Of a stretch of DNA of 64,000 nucleotides, positions 38,540 to 49,288 are shown in pieces. The notes beneath the pieces are model-generated. The model searched no databases, was not told the DNA's origin, and was given only the letters and a program-made list of their open reading frames with translations. The stretch comes from a virus. The position numbers and the translations under genes were made by a program. The stretch lies in IMG/VR virus record IMGVR_UViG_3300021226_000189. One strand, written 5' to 3'. Numbering within the stretch: position 1 is the first letter of the stretch; every line of letters starts with the position of its first letter.

Positions 38540-39951
38540 TGATAACATTTGATTATAAAACAACAAAGCGACAAGCGCAATTGATTACGGATTCCGAAAC
38601 ACTCGGTATGATCCGTAATCATTTTTCTGTCAAAAATGAAGGAGCTTCTTTCGCTAAGAAAAGGGGACATAGATTTGTCAAAGATCGCAAGTATGCGATT
38701 ACTCCAACTGGTTTATTTGACTTTGGATTTTACGGGGAGATTCTGAAATATCTAAGAGATAATCAGATCACAGATATCACATTTACTGACGAATTCCGAG
38801 CCAGATTGAAATGTGGTATTGGGAAGTTTGAATTCAAAGATGAACTCAAATACGATGCTCGTTATTATCAAAAAGACTCCATTATAGCTGGTTTAGAGAA
38901 AGGATACGGTGTGTTCTTATTGGCGACAGGAGCAGGTAAATCATTGACTCAAGCATTGCTTATAGAAAATTACATAGAAAATGTTCCACGTGGAACATTC
39001 AAATGTTTTATTGTAGTTCCAGGTCTTTCTCTTGTAAATCAATTACAAAAAGATTTTGAGGATTATCAAGTAACATTTTCATATTCGGGTTGGACTGGTG
39101 ATAGTCCTCTCCAAGAAACTTCCGTTGTCATTTGTAACACCCAAAATTTGGCTTCAAAATTTGCCGATAATCCGTGGATACTTGATGTGGATTTATTAAT
39201 AGTAGACGAATGTCATGGTGTTAATAGTGATGCTAATTTATCTAAAATCATCAACAAAATCAAAACACCCAATAAGTTCGGTTTCACAGGGACATTATCT
39301 GACAAACCCCTAAATCAATGGAAAACACTTGGTGTGTTTGGTCCAGTAATTTACGAGAAGAAATCTAAAGAATTGAGAGATGAGAAATATCTATCGAACG
39401 TTGCTATTAATGTTTTGAAATTGAATCATCCAAAAACCCATAAATTGAATTACAAAGAAGAATTAAAATATTTATATGAAAACGAAAGGCGTAATAATTT
39501 CATTTCTAAATTGGTCGGCAAACTTAATGGTAACGTTCTTATTATGGTCAATCATTTGGAGCATGGCGATGCTTTACTATCTACTCTGTCTAATGGATTG
39601 GATAGACCTATATATTTTGTCAAAGGTGAAGTCGATGTTCAGGATAGGCAAAAAATAATTGACATGATGGAAAAGAGTGATAATATCGTTTGTATTGCAA
39701 TGTCATCTATTTTTTCCACGGGTATTAACATCAAAAATCTTCCAAATATTATGTTTGTTGGATTGGGTAAGAGTTTTATCCGTGTTGTCCAATCCATTGG
39801 TAGGGGACTTCGTTTACATGAAAGTAAAGATAAATTGAGGATATTTGATATCACTGATAATACCAAATACTCATCTTCCCATGCTTTACACAGACAAGAG
39901 ATTTACGATACAGAAGAAATTTATTGGAATGAAAGAATTATTGAAATATGA
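38536..39951 (+). CDS. uvsW: UvsW DNA helicase
   Basis: RYYQ, LATGAGKS, DECH, GFTGT, FSTGINI, QSIGRGLR. Confidence 0.95.
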   Translation: MMITFDYKTTKRQAQLITDSETLGMIRNHFSVKNEGASFAKKRGHRFVKDRKYAITPTGLFDFGFYGEILKYLRDNQITDITFTDEFRARLKCGIGKFEFKDELKYDARYYQKDSIIAGLEKGYGVFLLATGAGKSLTQALLIENYIENVPRGTFKCFIVVPGLSLVNQLQKDFEDYQVTFSYSGWTGDSPLQETSVVICNTQNLASKFADNPWILDVDLLIVDECHGVNSDANLSKIINKIKTPNKFGFTGTLSDKPLNQWKTLGVFGPVIYEKKSKELRDEKYLSNVAINVLKLNHPKTHKLNYKEELKYLYENERRNNFISKLVGKLNGNVLIMVNHLEHGDALLSTLSNGLDRPIYFVKGEVDVQDRQKIIDMMEKSDNIVCIAMSSIFSTGINIKNLPNIMFVGLGKSFIRVVQSIGRGLRLHESKDKLRIFDITDNTKYSSSHALHRQEIYDTEEIYWNERIIEI

Positions 39952-40385
39952 GTAATAAAAATGCGTATTATGTGAACTCCAGAGAGTTTCGAGAACAGTT
40001 GATGAATTATTATGAGTCTGATAAGATGACTAATGAACTCGCCACGAATATTGTTAAGATAGCAGAGGGTCTATCATATAACCATCGCTTTATTCGATAC
40101 TCTCGAAGTTGGAAAGAGGAAATGGTCGGTGATGCAATTGTGAAGATGTATCACGCTTTGGAGAAAAAGCTTTATAACATTGAATCAGAATTCAACCCCT
40201 TCTCATATTTTAATCGAATAGCATGGAACGCTTTCACGAATCGTATCAATAAGGAAAAGAGTCAACATGAGGGGTTGAACGAATACAAAGAGATAGTATA
40301 CATGGAGCATATGTCTGGTCCCGATTCAATGGGTCATGTGTATGTGAAACCAGTGATGGAAGGAGACGAATACGACGATGAATAA
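39948..40385 (+). CDS. gp55: Late sigma factor (T4 gp55)
   Basis: YVNSREF, IAEGLS, EEMVGDAI, NPFSYFNRIAWNAF. Confidence 0.9.
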   Translation: MSNKNAYYVNSREFREQLMNYYESDKMTNELATNIVKIAEGLSYNHRFIRYSRSWKEEMVGDAIVKMYHALEKKLYNIESEFNPFSYFNRIAWNAFTNRINKEKSQHEGLNEYKEIVYMEHMSGPDSMGHVYVKPVMEGDEYDDE

Positions 40386-41079
40386 ATTATTGAAATTGAT
40401 TGGATTCGAAAGAAGAGGTTATGATTCGGACACTTATCATTTTAAATGGGGGGAAATTTCATGGCATCCGAAAAAATGGGAATTATCTTTAAGATATTGT
40501 AATTTTGGGTGTTGTGAATCTCATGATCTTTTAATTATTAAACCTTTGTTTTGCTCTATTTACATTCATCTGTCGGATGAATATGATAGACCTTGGGATG
40601 ACAACGGATTTAGTTATGGATTTTATATTTATGATTGGAACTCTCTGAATTTGGGATGGGGTGAACACTCTAAATCTTGGGATTTCCCATACATAGCGAG
40701 AGAATGGAAAAGAACTGAAATATATGATACTGATGGTGTTCATTGGTTTACTGAAAAAAAAGGTGATAAGTCATGGGATGAAAAATATGAAATCCAAAAT
40801 AATATTAAAAAATCTTATCCTTATAAGTATGTTTTGAAAAACGGTCACATTCAGGAAAGAATAGCCAAAGTTCATGTATCAAACATGGTGTGGTCACGTA
40901 AATGGTTTCCTTTTTTAGAGGTTAATAGGAGATGTATTGATGTTGATTTTTCTGATGAAGTTGGAGAAAGAACTGGTGAATGGAAAGGTGGTTGTATTTC
41001 ATGTGGTTATGAATTGAGAGAAGGGGAAACACCCGAAGAATGTTTGAGAAGAATGGAAAAAGAAAGGAAATTTGAATAA
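40378..41079 (+). CDS. Hypothetical protein (Trp/Tyr-rich)
   Basis: 233-aa ORF overlapping its neighbours. Confidence 0.65.
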   Translation: MNKLLKLIGFERRGYDSDTYHFKWGEISWHPKKWELSLRYCNFGCCESHDLLIIKPLFCSIYIHLSDEYDRPWDDNGFSYGFYIYDWNSLNLGWGEHSKSWDFPYIAREWKRTEIYDTDGVHWFTEKKGDKSWDEKYEIQNNIKKSYPYKYVLKNGHIQERIAKVHVSNMVWSRKWFPFLEVNRRCIDVDFSDEVGERTGEWKGGCISCGYELREGETPEECLRRMEKERKFE

Positions 41080-42103
41080 TAATATGATTAAGAAAACAAA
41101 AGTAGCTATTTTTTCTGACCTACATTTAGGTCTTTATGGAAATTCAACGGAATGGCATGACATCGCTCTTAAATGGGCAGATTGGATCACTGCTGATTTG
41201 AAGAAGAAAAAGATTTTTGATATCTTTTTCCTTGGTGACTTTTTCCACAATCGTTCAGAGATTTCCGTTCAAACAATTCATGTTGCATCTGAATTGATTG
41301 CTAAATTCAAGAATTTTAATATGTTCATGGTTATTGGCAACCATGATGCGTATTACAAGAATCGTGCCGATGTTCATAGCTTGGGTTTCCTTAAAGGTCA
41401 CGATAACATTACAATCATCGACCAGAATTTGGAAGTGGATGCGTTCGGTAAAAAATTACTGTTTGTCCCATGGAATCACGAATTACCAGAAGGTAAATTT
41501 GACCACATTTTTGGACATTTTGAAATCCAAACATTTCAGATGAACAATTACAAGGTTTGTGATCACGGATTCCAAGTAATGGATTTCTTAGCATCCCGAA
41601 CCACTAATGTTTGGTCTGGTCACTTCCATACTAAGAGTATTAAGAAATACAATGAAGGAACGATTCGATACATTGGTAACACCTTCCACCATGACTTCAA
41701 TGATTGTGGGGACGATAAGGGTTATCACATTTTGGATTTGGAAGATGATTCTGTAGAATTTGTGAAAAATACGGTGTCTCCTGAATTCATTAAAATCCCT
41801 CTGACTAAAATAAAAGATTATTCCATGGAGGATGTGGAAGGAAATATCATCAAATTCATAATTGACAAAGACATTGAAGATGATAAGGTAGAGAAGTTCA
41901 AGATTTACTTGTCCAATTTTGCACCTTTCCGTCTAACCACGGAATACAACGTGGCGACCAAGACAATCGGAGATGTTGAACAAGTCGATTCCATTGATAT
42001 CGTGGGAATGTTTGATGAATTTTACGAACAATTGAATCTGGATGAAGAACAACTGAAACGAGTGAAGAAAATAAACGACGAACTTTATGAAAAATGTAAG
42101 TGA
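41072..42103 (+). CDS. gp47: Recombination endonuclease subunit (T4 gp47, Mre11/SbcD-like)
   Basis: SDLHLG, LGDFFH, IGNHD, GHFE, SGHFH. Confidence 0.95.
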   Translation: MNNNMIKKTKVAIFSDLHLGLYGNSTEWHDIALKWADWITADLKKKKIFDIFFLGDFFHNRSEISVQTIHVASELIAKFKNFNMFMVIGNHDAYYKNRADVHSLGFLKGHDNITIIDQNLEVDAFGKKLLFVPWNHELPEGKFDHIFGHFEIQTFQMNNYKVCDHGFQVMDFLASRTTNVWSGHFHTKSIKKYNEGTIRYIGNTFHHDFNDCGDDKGYHILDLEDDSVEFVKNTVSPEFIKIPLTKIKDYSMEDVEGNIIKFIIDKDIEDDKVEKFKIYLSNFAPFRLTTEYNVATKTIGDVEQVDSIDIVGMFDEFYEQLNLDEEQLKRVKKINDELYEKCK

Positions 42104-42311
42104 TAGAGAAAAATACCATGCACAGCATATTATCGATCATATTTTGTATAATTGTTCGTTGAGTTCGTTGAGTTCTTTGAAAGAACTTGGAATTATACAC
42201 GATCTTGATATTAAGATAATTGACACCGATGATAGTATGATTTGTAATATTTATGTAACACTCAATACCCCCCTTGACAATATTAAAATAAATTTTGAAA
42301 TAAATGCGTAA
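42087..42311 (+). CDS. Hypothetical protein
   Basis: 74-aa ORF between gp47 and gp46. Confidence 0.5.
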   Translation: MKNVSDREKYHAQHIIDHILYNCSLSSLSSLKELGIIHDLDIKIIDTDDSMICNIYVTLNTPLDNIKINFEINA

Positions 42312-43221
42312 GATTTTATATAAACAACTTAAAGGTCAAAATTTCCTCAGTGTGGGAAATGATCAGATTGTAATTGATTTCCAATCTGGTTTCAATCTGA
42401 TTACTGGTAAGAATATTGATAATCCAGACCGTGTGAACGGTATTGGAAAATCCTGTATCGCTGAATTGTTCTACTATGCTTTGTTTGGTAAAACCATTCG
42501 TGAAATAAAAAAGGAATTCATCATCAACAATGTCACTAAAGGAAAGGGTGCTATCGAGCTTACTTTTGATGTGGAGACTGACAATGATACGCAGACATAC
42601 ACAATCAAGCGACAACTCAAACCAAGCTCTGTGACGCTCCTGCGAGGTGAAGAAGATATCACCAAGGACTCCATCGCAAATACGGACAAATTCATATGTG
42701 ATCTGATCGGTTCCAATCCTGTCATTTGTCGTAGCTGTGATATTCTATCTCTTTCGGATAACATCCCATTCATGGCGAAGAAACCAGAGGAGAAGCGCAA
42801 ATTCATCAATGATATTTTCTCTTTGGAAGTCTTTGGTAAGATGAGCAACGAATTGAAGAATCTGATTCGTGAGAACAAATCTGAAATGAATATCTCTTCT
42901 GCCAAGTTGGAAGAAATCAACAACACTTTGGAAACTCTGAATAAACAACAGGAGGATTATCTGAAGAAAGTTCAAGAACGGGAAGCAATTCTCGAAGAAA
43001 AACGTAAAGAAATTCAGCAGAAAATTGATGAAACGTCTGAAAAGATTGCTAAAATATCCATTACGGATGTTTCAGCAATCCAAACAGAAAAGGACAAATA
43101 CGAAGCTGCTTGGGATAAGTTGGATGGAAAGATTGCAGATGTGAATAGTCAAATCTCTTCCAAAGAAACTTTGAGGAAGTTGAAAGTAAAAGAAATTGAA
43201 CAAATAAATAATGTGATATGA
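42304..43221 (+). CDS. gp46: Recombination ATPase gp46 (Rad50/SbcC-like), N-terminal half
   Basis: NFLSVGN, Walker A G.N......NGIGKS, LYYALFGK, then coiled coil. Stops before the CXXC hook. Confidence 0.9.
   Translation: MRKILYKQLKGQNFLSVGNDQIVIDFQSGFNLITGKNIDNPDRVNGIGKSCIAELFYYALFGKTIREIKKEFIINNVTKGKGAIELTFDVETDNDTQTYTIKRQLKPSSVTLLRGEEDITKDSIANTDKFICDLIGSNPVICRSCDILSLSDNIPFMAKKPEEKRKFINDIFSLEVFGKMSNELKNLIRENKSEMNISSAKLEEINNTLETLNKQQEDYLKKVQEREAILEEKRKEIQQKIDETSEKIAKISITDVSAIQTEKDKYEAAWDKLDGKIADVNSQISSKETLRKLKVKEIEQINNVI
43205..43210 (+). promoter_or_regulatory. Late promoter TAAATA for the inserted GNAT gene
   Basis: 7 nt upstream of the ATG at 43218, the same spacing as other late genes. 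Confidence 0.6.
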
Positions 43222-43688
43222 TAATTTTAAATGAAAATGAGATAATGTGGGAATCATACGCTGGTGGAATTGAATATCATATCAATTCTGACGAAGAATC
43301 CGATGAAATTAAAATAGAAGCTTTCTATAGAGGTGATAAGATTGGAGATGCTATTGCAAAAATATTATTCGGAGATTTTTATTATGAGTTTGATGATGTT
43401 ATGAGTGAGGATGACATTTATGAATTATTTCCAGATGATTCTTTAGCGAAAATAGAACATGTTGAGGTTAGTAAGCAATATCGAGGAAGTGGTGTAGCAA
43501 AGGAGATGATGAATCGTTTGTTAAGGGAATTGGAGCGACAAGGGTTTAAACAATTTTATCTTAATGCCTCACCAATGGGGATTGATAAAGGATTTAATAA
43601 ACCAGAATTGGTAAAATTTTATCAAAAATTTGGATTTAATACTTTATTAGACCAAGGAGTAAACACGTTAATGATTAAAAAATTATGA
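43218..43688 (+). CDS. GNAT-family acetyltransferase inserted within gp46
   Basis: Motif A IEHVEVSKQYRGSGVAKEMM; LNASP; LVKFYQKFGF. Confidence 0.85.
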   Translation: MIILNENEIMWESYAGGIEYHINSDEESDEIKIEAFYRGDKIGDAIAKILFGDFYYEFDDVMSEDDIYELFPDDSLAKIEHVEVSKQYRGSGVAKEMMNRLLRELERQGFKQFYLNASPMGIDKGFNKPELVKFYQKFGFNTLLDQGVNTLMIKKL

Positions 43689-44557
43689 TTAAATGTGATA
43701 AATGCCTCCAAGAAATACCTCATACCCATGTGGAACATCTGGAGAAGATGAAGGAACAATATCAATCCGAATTGGATGATATTGTTAAAGAAATTGAAGA
43801 TTTGAATCATGGTAAAAGTGATTTGATGGTCAAGAAATCTAAAATTCAAAATAAAATCGGGGAATTTCAAACCCAAATCAATGAAGCCAAAGTCACCAAG
43901 CAGAAATTGGAAGGTTTGGAAAACAGCCTAAAACAATACAAGGAGTCTTTGGACAATTTGAAGTTGGATGAATTACCCAAACCCAATTTTGAGGAGAGTA
44001 TCCGAAACACTTGGGAAAGACAAAATGTGGAAAACGATAATTTCCGAATGCTTAAACAGAAATCAGATGATTATGAAATCTGCAAGTTCGTTCTCGGGGA
44101 AGAAGGTGTCCGTAGCTTTGTGGTGAAGAGACTTCTTTCCATGATGAACGCAAGCATTCAGCAATACATCAACGATCTTGGTATGACAATTCGTTGTAAA
44201 TTTGATGAATACTTCGACGAGCAACTCTCCAATGATAAAGGTAAAGAGATTTCCTACTGGAACTTGAGCGGTGGCGAGCGTAGAACAGTTGATCTCGCGT
44301 GTGCGTGGGCATTCAAGGATTTGAAACGCAAGATTTCGGGAGTGTCGTCTAATGTTGAATGGATTGACGAAGTATTCGATTCGGCTTTTGATGAACGTGG
44401 TTTCGATCTTCTGGTAGAACTGATGAAACAAAGAATTGATAAAAATTCTTTATCTGTCTACGCAATCTCACACAGAAAAGAAATGGAAAAACATGTCACA
44501 GGAGAAATTATCTTCCTTGAGAAAGAAAATGGTGTAACTAGAAGAACGTCTAATTGA
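43685..44557 (+). CDS. gp46: Recombination ATPase gp46, C-terminal half
   Basis: Starts MIKCDKC (zinc hook). Signature LSGGE, Walker B WIDEVFD, H-loop AISH. Confidence 0.9.
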   Translation: MIKCDKCLQEIPHTHVEHLEKMKEQYQSELDDIVKEIEDLNHGKSDLMVKKSKIQNKIGEFQTQINEAKVTKQKLEGLENSLKQYKESLDNLKLDELPKPNFEESIRNTWERQNVENDNFRMLKQKSDDYEICKFVLGEEGVRSFVVKRLLSMMNASIQQYINDLGMTIRCKFDEYFDEQLSNDKGKEISYWNLSGGERRTVDLACAWAFKDLKRKISGVSSNVEWIDEVFDSAFDERGFDLLVELMKQRIDKNSLSVYAISHRKEMEKHVTGEIIFLEKENGVTRRTSN

Positions 44558-44586
44558 CAAACAAAAGCGAATGGGTAATTATTAAC

Positions 44587-45774
44587 ATGTTTAATAGTCA
44601 ACCATTCGCTTCTCCTTTCCCTACAAATCCATTTCAGGTTTCAAATAAACCAAAAGAAGAACCTAAAAAAGGTAATAATTACTTAAACTTTGTTGCTGAT
44701 CGACAAGGATGTGGACAATGGAGAGTGGGATGGCCTGAGTTGCATATCAATATGAATAATCTTGGGGAGTCAACATCTCTCACGAAGATGATTCTTGATA
44801 AAAATTGGTTTAGAGATGTTAAGACCGTTAAATTACAGAGACAAGCATCTACACCTCAAAAACAATACTTTGAATTTGTTAAAAGTATTCAACAGGAAAT
44901 GGGATTCAAGATCATTTATGAAGTAGATGATGTTGTTTTCCGCGAAGAAATTCCTGATTACAACTCAGGGAAAGAATCGTTTGATAATGATGAAATCCGT
45001 CAAAATTGTGTTGATATGATGCAAATGGCAGATGAAGTTACGGTTACATGTAAATTTATGCGAGATCTGTTTATCGAAAAAACAGGTCAACATAAAATAT
45101 CAGTGGTACCTAATTTTGCACCTGAATGGTGGATCGGGCATTATTATGATGCTTACAAAATCAAGCAAAATTATGATAAGAATCGTAAAAGACCTCGAAT
45201 TTTATATTCTGGTTCAGGTGCACATTTCGATATTAAAAATGGTGGGCAAGACGACTTTTCTCATGTCCTAAAATTCATTATTGATAATAGATATAAATAT
45301 CAATTTATTTTCATTGGTGCTTTTCCTCCTCAATTACACCCATATATTCAAAATAGAGAAATCGAATTCCATCCTTGGCAGACATTAACCAATTATCCAA
45401 AATTTATTTCTGGATTGAATGTCCAACTTACAATTGCCCCACTGATGGATAACAATTTCAACAAATCCAAATCAGATATCAAATACATTGAGGGTGCAAT
45501 TTTAGGTATTCCCTGTATGTGTCAGGATTTGGTGACTTACGAAGATGCTCCCGATTTTTTGAAATTTAAGGATTCAGAAGATTTGGCACTGAAAGTGGAG
45601 CATTTATTGAATTATAAAAATCGCGATAGGTATCATAATCTATCCAAAGAGTTGAGAAAACTTGGGGAAACGAGATTTCTCGAAAGACCAGAAAACATTG
45701 GAGCGTTTCTTGAAGCGATGAACACACCATTTAACGATCCATCTCGTAGATTTATGAAATATTGGAACGATTGA
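44587..45774 (+). CDS. GT-B fold glycosyltransferase-like protein
   Basis: GCGQWR, YEVDD, ADEVTV, IAPL..N.FNKSKSDIKYIE. ATG at 44587 follows TTGACA at 44554. Confidence 0.7.
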   Translation: MFNSQPFASPFPTNPFQVSNKPKEEPKKGNNYLNFVADRQGCGQWRVGWPELHINMNNLGESTSLTKMILDKNWFRDVKTVKLQRQASTPQKQYFEFVKSIQQEMGFKIIYEVDDVVFREEIPDYNSGKESFDNDEIRQNCVDMMQMADEVTVTCKFMRDLFIEKTGQHKISVVPNFAPEWWIGHYYDAYKIKQNYDKNRKRPRILYSGSGAHFDIKNGGQDDFSHVLKFIIDNRYKYQFIFIGAFPPQLHPYIQNREIEFHPWQTLTNYPKFISGLNVQLTIAPLMDNNFNKSKSDIKYIEGAILGIPCMCQDLVTYEDAPDFLKFKDSEDLALKVEHLLNYKNRDRYHNLSKELRKLGETRFLERPENIGAFLEAMNTPFNDPSRRFMKYWND

Positions 45775-45775
45775 C

Positions 45776-45803
45776 TTGACAATTGAACACATGATGCCAT
45801 AAT
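45776..45803 (+). promoter_or_regulatory. sigma70-like promoter TTGACA-N16-CATAAT with TGn
   Basis: Upstream of the zinc-ribbon gene and DNA polymerase. Confidence 0.65.
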
Positions 45804-46135
45804 TGGATATGGCGTTTTTACATTGCGAAAACTGTGGTTGGAGTCAGGATGATTTCTATTCGGAAGACGGTTATAATCCTGCGAAATATCTTTCTAGTTG
45901 GAATAACTATTTGTGTGGAAAGGATTCACATAGACTCGACGAATTATTTTCAGATGATTACCAATGGTTGAAAGATGAGGGATATGTTTCTACTAGAGAA
46001 GTCTTGGCAAGACAATATGAAAAATATGCCAAAAGAATTCGTAATATGAAATGGGTCACTTGGGAGCAGTGGCAGAAAGATAAAGATACTGCCGTCTGCC
46101 CTCAATGCGGTGAAAGAAATTTTGATATAGACTAA
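45803..46135 (+). CDS. Zinc-ribbon hypothetical protein
   Basis: CENC near the N-terminus and CPQC near the C-terminus. Confidence 0.65.
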   Translation: MDMAFLHCENCGWSQDDFYSEDGYNPAKYLSSWNNYLCGKDSHRLDELFSDDYQWLKDEGYVSTREVLARQYEKYAKRIRNMKWVTWEQWQKDKDTAVCPQCGERNFDID

Positions 46136-46136
46136 A

Positions 46137-48662
46137 ATGTATAGAAATTGTGTTTATAACAATCGTGAACGTAAGATTTTCTTATGGACATGGAACGAGA
46201 ATGGGGAACGTGTTAAAGAGGAACACGATTTCAAACCATACATTCTTTTAGAGGATAAGAATGGTAAAGAGAAGTCCATCTATGGAACTTCCCTCAAAAA
46301 AAGGGAATTTGCCTCCTCGTATGATCGAAATAACTTCGTAAAGGATAGTAATATCAAGAGAATTTATGAGAATCTTCCCCCATACCAACAATTCCTGATT
46401 GATAATTTTTGGTCTGTTTGTGAGGATGACAATTTCTCACAATATCCTCTGAAAGTCGCTTACTTGGATATTGAGTGTCCCCATCCTGATAAATTTCCCG
46501 AACCAGAAACCGCAGAAGCAGTGATAAATCTGATTACTGTATTTGATTCATTTTCCAAAATGTATCATGTTTTTGGTTTGAAGAATTACCACACGACGAG
46601 AGATGATGTGCGGTATTATTTTTGTAAATCAGAGGAAGATCTACTCAAATCGTTTATCAAATATTTTAGGAAAGAACAGTTCGATATCATTAGTGGATGG
46701 AACATATCAGCATTCGATATTCCTTATTTGGTAAATCGTATCACATTTCAATTAGGTAAAGAATGGGCAGATAAATTGTCACCGATTGAAAGAATTTATG
46801 AAAAGACCAATCCAAATGGTAAATTCGGTATGCCATCTAAAGAGTATGTGATCGAAGGTATTTCTATTTTGGATTATTACGTCATGTATATGAAATTCAG
46901 CTTGGAAAAGCAAGAGTCATATAAACTGGATAATATTGGAGAAGTTGAATTAGGTGTTAATAAAATTCAACACGAGGGTAATTTGTGGGAATTGGCTAAA
47001 AAAGATTGGTATACCTACACGGACTACAACATTCGAGACGTTGAAATCTGTGTTAAATTGGATGAGAAAAAGGGATATATCAATCTCCTTCGATTCCTAG
47101 CATACACAGGTCTGTGTGACTTGGAGAATGCTATCAAAACGGTTCCACCAATGAATGGTGCGATTGCCATACGTGCGCGTATGCGCGGAGAGTATATTCC
47201 TACGTTTATTCGTCCTGTGACGGACTACAAAGCACCTGGAGGTTACGTTGCAGAACCAAGAGTGGGATTCGCTGAGAATATCGTATCATTTGATGCCAAC
47301 TCTCTATATCCATCTGTGATGATTTCTCTCAATCTCTCACCTGAGACTAAAATTGGTAGAGTTGAGAAAGACGGTGATAAGGTGAAAATTCATCATGTTT
47401 CTGGTAGGATTTTTGAAATGACTAAAGAGAACTTTACCAAGTTTATTAAAGAGGAAAAGGCAGCTTTGACCAAAGCTGGATTCTTATTCTCTCAGAATAA
47501 GCGTGGTCTTGTTCCTGAGTTCTTGGATAACTTGTATTCCAAACGTAAGGAGATGAAAAACAAGATGTTGGAATCTCGTAAGAAAGGAGATAAAGAAGGG
47601 GAACAGAAATTTGATAGCATCCAATATGCTTATAAAATCCACCTCAATTCCTTGTATGGTTACATGCTTAACAAATACGCTCCTCTCGGAGACGAAGATA
47701 TTGGAACATCTGTAACTTTGACAGGTCAAGCAGTTATCAAAAAGAGTAACGATTTATTCATGGAATACCTATCGAAATATTTCGACAATAAAGAAGAAAT
47801 TGAAAAGTCATTGATATACAATGATACTGATAGCTTTTACACTTCTTTGAAGATATTTGAAAAAATTGGATATAAATTGAAAGATGGTGACAAAGTTTCT
47901 GATAAATTTTATGGATTATGCCAAGATGTGGAAGATTTTGTGAATAATGGAATCACTGAATGGGCAAAATCTAACCTCAGAAGTATCGATCCAAGATTTG
48001 TATTCAAAAGAGAAAGTATTTGCGATAAAGGTATTTTCATCGGTAAGAAATATTACGCACTTCACAAATTAGATGAAGAGGGTGTCGTCATGGATAAATT
48101 CAAATATATTGGTGTCGATGTTGTGAAAACGACAATGCCTAAGAAAGTAAAACCATATGTCAAGAAAGTCATTGAACATATGATCATGACTCAATCGTTA
48201 AAAGAAACGAATGATCTTTTCAATGAAGCATACGAAGAATTTAAGAAATTACCAATCACAGATATTGCTAAAATTTCTGGTATGAATAATTATGATGAAT
48301 ATTCAGCTAGATGTAACGGTATGAATACTGTAAAAGGTATGCCAAGTCACCTTAAAGCAGCGTATTATCATGATTTGATCACGGATCAAAATGGGTGGTC
48401 TTCTAAATATGATAAATTCAAATCAGGGGATAAAGTTCGTATGGTGTATGTGAAGAAGCCGAACAAATATAATTTGGAAATGATCGGATTCAAAGGAGAA
48501 TGGCCTTCTGAATTTGATAATATTTTCACTGTTGACTATGAGAAAATGTTTGGTAAGATATTCTACGCTGCAATTGAGAGATTCTACGAAGCAGTCGGAT
48601 GGAAACTTAGAAAACCATCAGAAAATCTGACCGTAGAACTTGAAGACTTATTTGGAGAATAA
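46137..48662 (+). CDS. gp43: Family B DNA polymerase (T4 gp43)
   Basis: Exonuclease DIEC, GWN...FDIPY; polymerase FDANSLYPS, KIHLNSLYG, YNDTDS, KKYY. Confidence 0.97.
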   Translation: MYRNCVYNNRERKIFLWTWNENGERVKEEHDFKPYILLEDKNGKEKSIYGTSLKKREFASSYDRNNFVKDSNIKRIYENLPPYQQFLIDNFWSVCEDDNFSQYPLKVAYLDIECPHPDKFPEPETAEAVINLITVFDSFSKMYHVFGLKNYHTTRDDVRYYFCKSEEDLLKSFIKYFRKEQFDIISGWNISAFDIPYLVNRITFQLGKEWADKLSPIERIYEKTNPNGKFGMPSKEYVIEGISILDYYVMYMKFSLEKQESYKLDNIGEVELGVNKIQHEGNLWELAKKDWYTYTDYNIRDVEICVKLDEKKGYINLLRFLAYTGLCDLENAIKTVPPMNGAIAIRARMRGEYIPTFIRPVTDYKAPGGYVAEPRVGFAENIVSFDANSLYPSVMISLNLSPETKIGRVEKDGDKVKIHHVSGRIFEMTKENFTKFIKEEKAALTKAGFLFSQNKRGLVPEFLDNLYSKRKEMKNKMLESRKKGDKEGEQKFDSIQYAYKIHLNSLYGYMLNKYAPLGDEDIGTSVTLTGQAVIKKSNDLFMEYLSKYFDNKEEIEKSLIYNDTDSFYTSLKIFEKIGYKLKDGDKVSDKFYGLCQDVEDFVNNGITEWAKSNLRSIDPRFVFKRESICDKGIFIGKKYYALHKLDEEGVVMDKFKYIGVDVVKTTMPKKVKPYVKKVIEHMIMTQSLKETNDLFNEAYEEFKKLPITDIAKISGMNNYDEYSARCNGMNTVKGMPSHLKAAYYHDLITDQNGWSSKYDKFKSGDKVRMVYVKKPNKYNLEMIGFKGEWPSEFDNIFTVDYEKMFGKIFYAAIERFYEAVGWKLRKPSENLTVELEDLFGE

Positions 48663-48666
48663 TATT

Positions 48667-48918
48667 ATGACAATACAAGAAGCATATAATAAAGGCTTAG
48701 ATGATGCAGAGAATCGAGTAATTGATAATCTCATCAATCTATTAAACAGTGATGAATATGATGAACCTTTCGCCAATCCTCGATTGGAAATCGTTCGTAA
48801 AGTAGTGAAGGAAAGATCCGATTATTACTTTAAGATGGCAGAAGGAAAACATGGTGTCGCATTGGGATTCCAGAAAAAAATTAAAAACAACAGTTTAGAG
48901 CTTGAAAAAGCAAAATAA
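48667..48918 (+). CDS. Hypothetical protein
   Basis: Likely start MTIQEAY after the gp43 stop. Confidence 0.55.
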   Translation: MTIQEAYNKGLDDAENRVIDNLINLLNSDEYDEPFANPRLEIVRKVVKERSDYYFKMAEGKHGVALGFQKKIKNNSLELEKAK

Positions 48919-48947
48919 CAGACTAAATCAAAATAACATGAAAGAAA

Positions 48948-49288
48948 AACACGTAGCAATCATTGATCAAATCGGACGTAACATTATCGGCAAACTCGTA
49001 GATGAAACGGAAACCACATTGACACTTAATAATCCAGTCATTCTATTCGTTCAACCAGAACAAACAGGACAGATTCAAGTTCAGAGCTTTCCAGTATTCT
49101 TCTTCGAATTTATCAACAAGGGATATCGTGACCATAACAATTGGACGTTTAACAAATCCAATATCGTAACGAGTGATGTAATTCTGGATGATCGTATCCT
49201 TCTTCAATACGAGAAGATTAATACCCCCCCAGTTGAGCAACCATCACCGACGAACAATCCTAAAGTGGTAAGTATCGACTCGCTCTAA
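48948..49288 (+). CDS. Hypothetical protein
   Basis: Likely start MKEKH within the ORF 48902..49288. Confidence 0.6.

Noticed and set aside
43218-43688. Group I intron, intein or ribosomal bypass in gp46
   Set aside because: The insert is fully occupied by a GNAT ORF, there are stops at both junctions, there is no Cys/Ser...His-Asn intein signature, and no in-frame matching landing codon was found.
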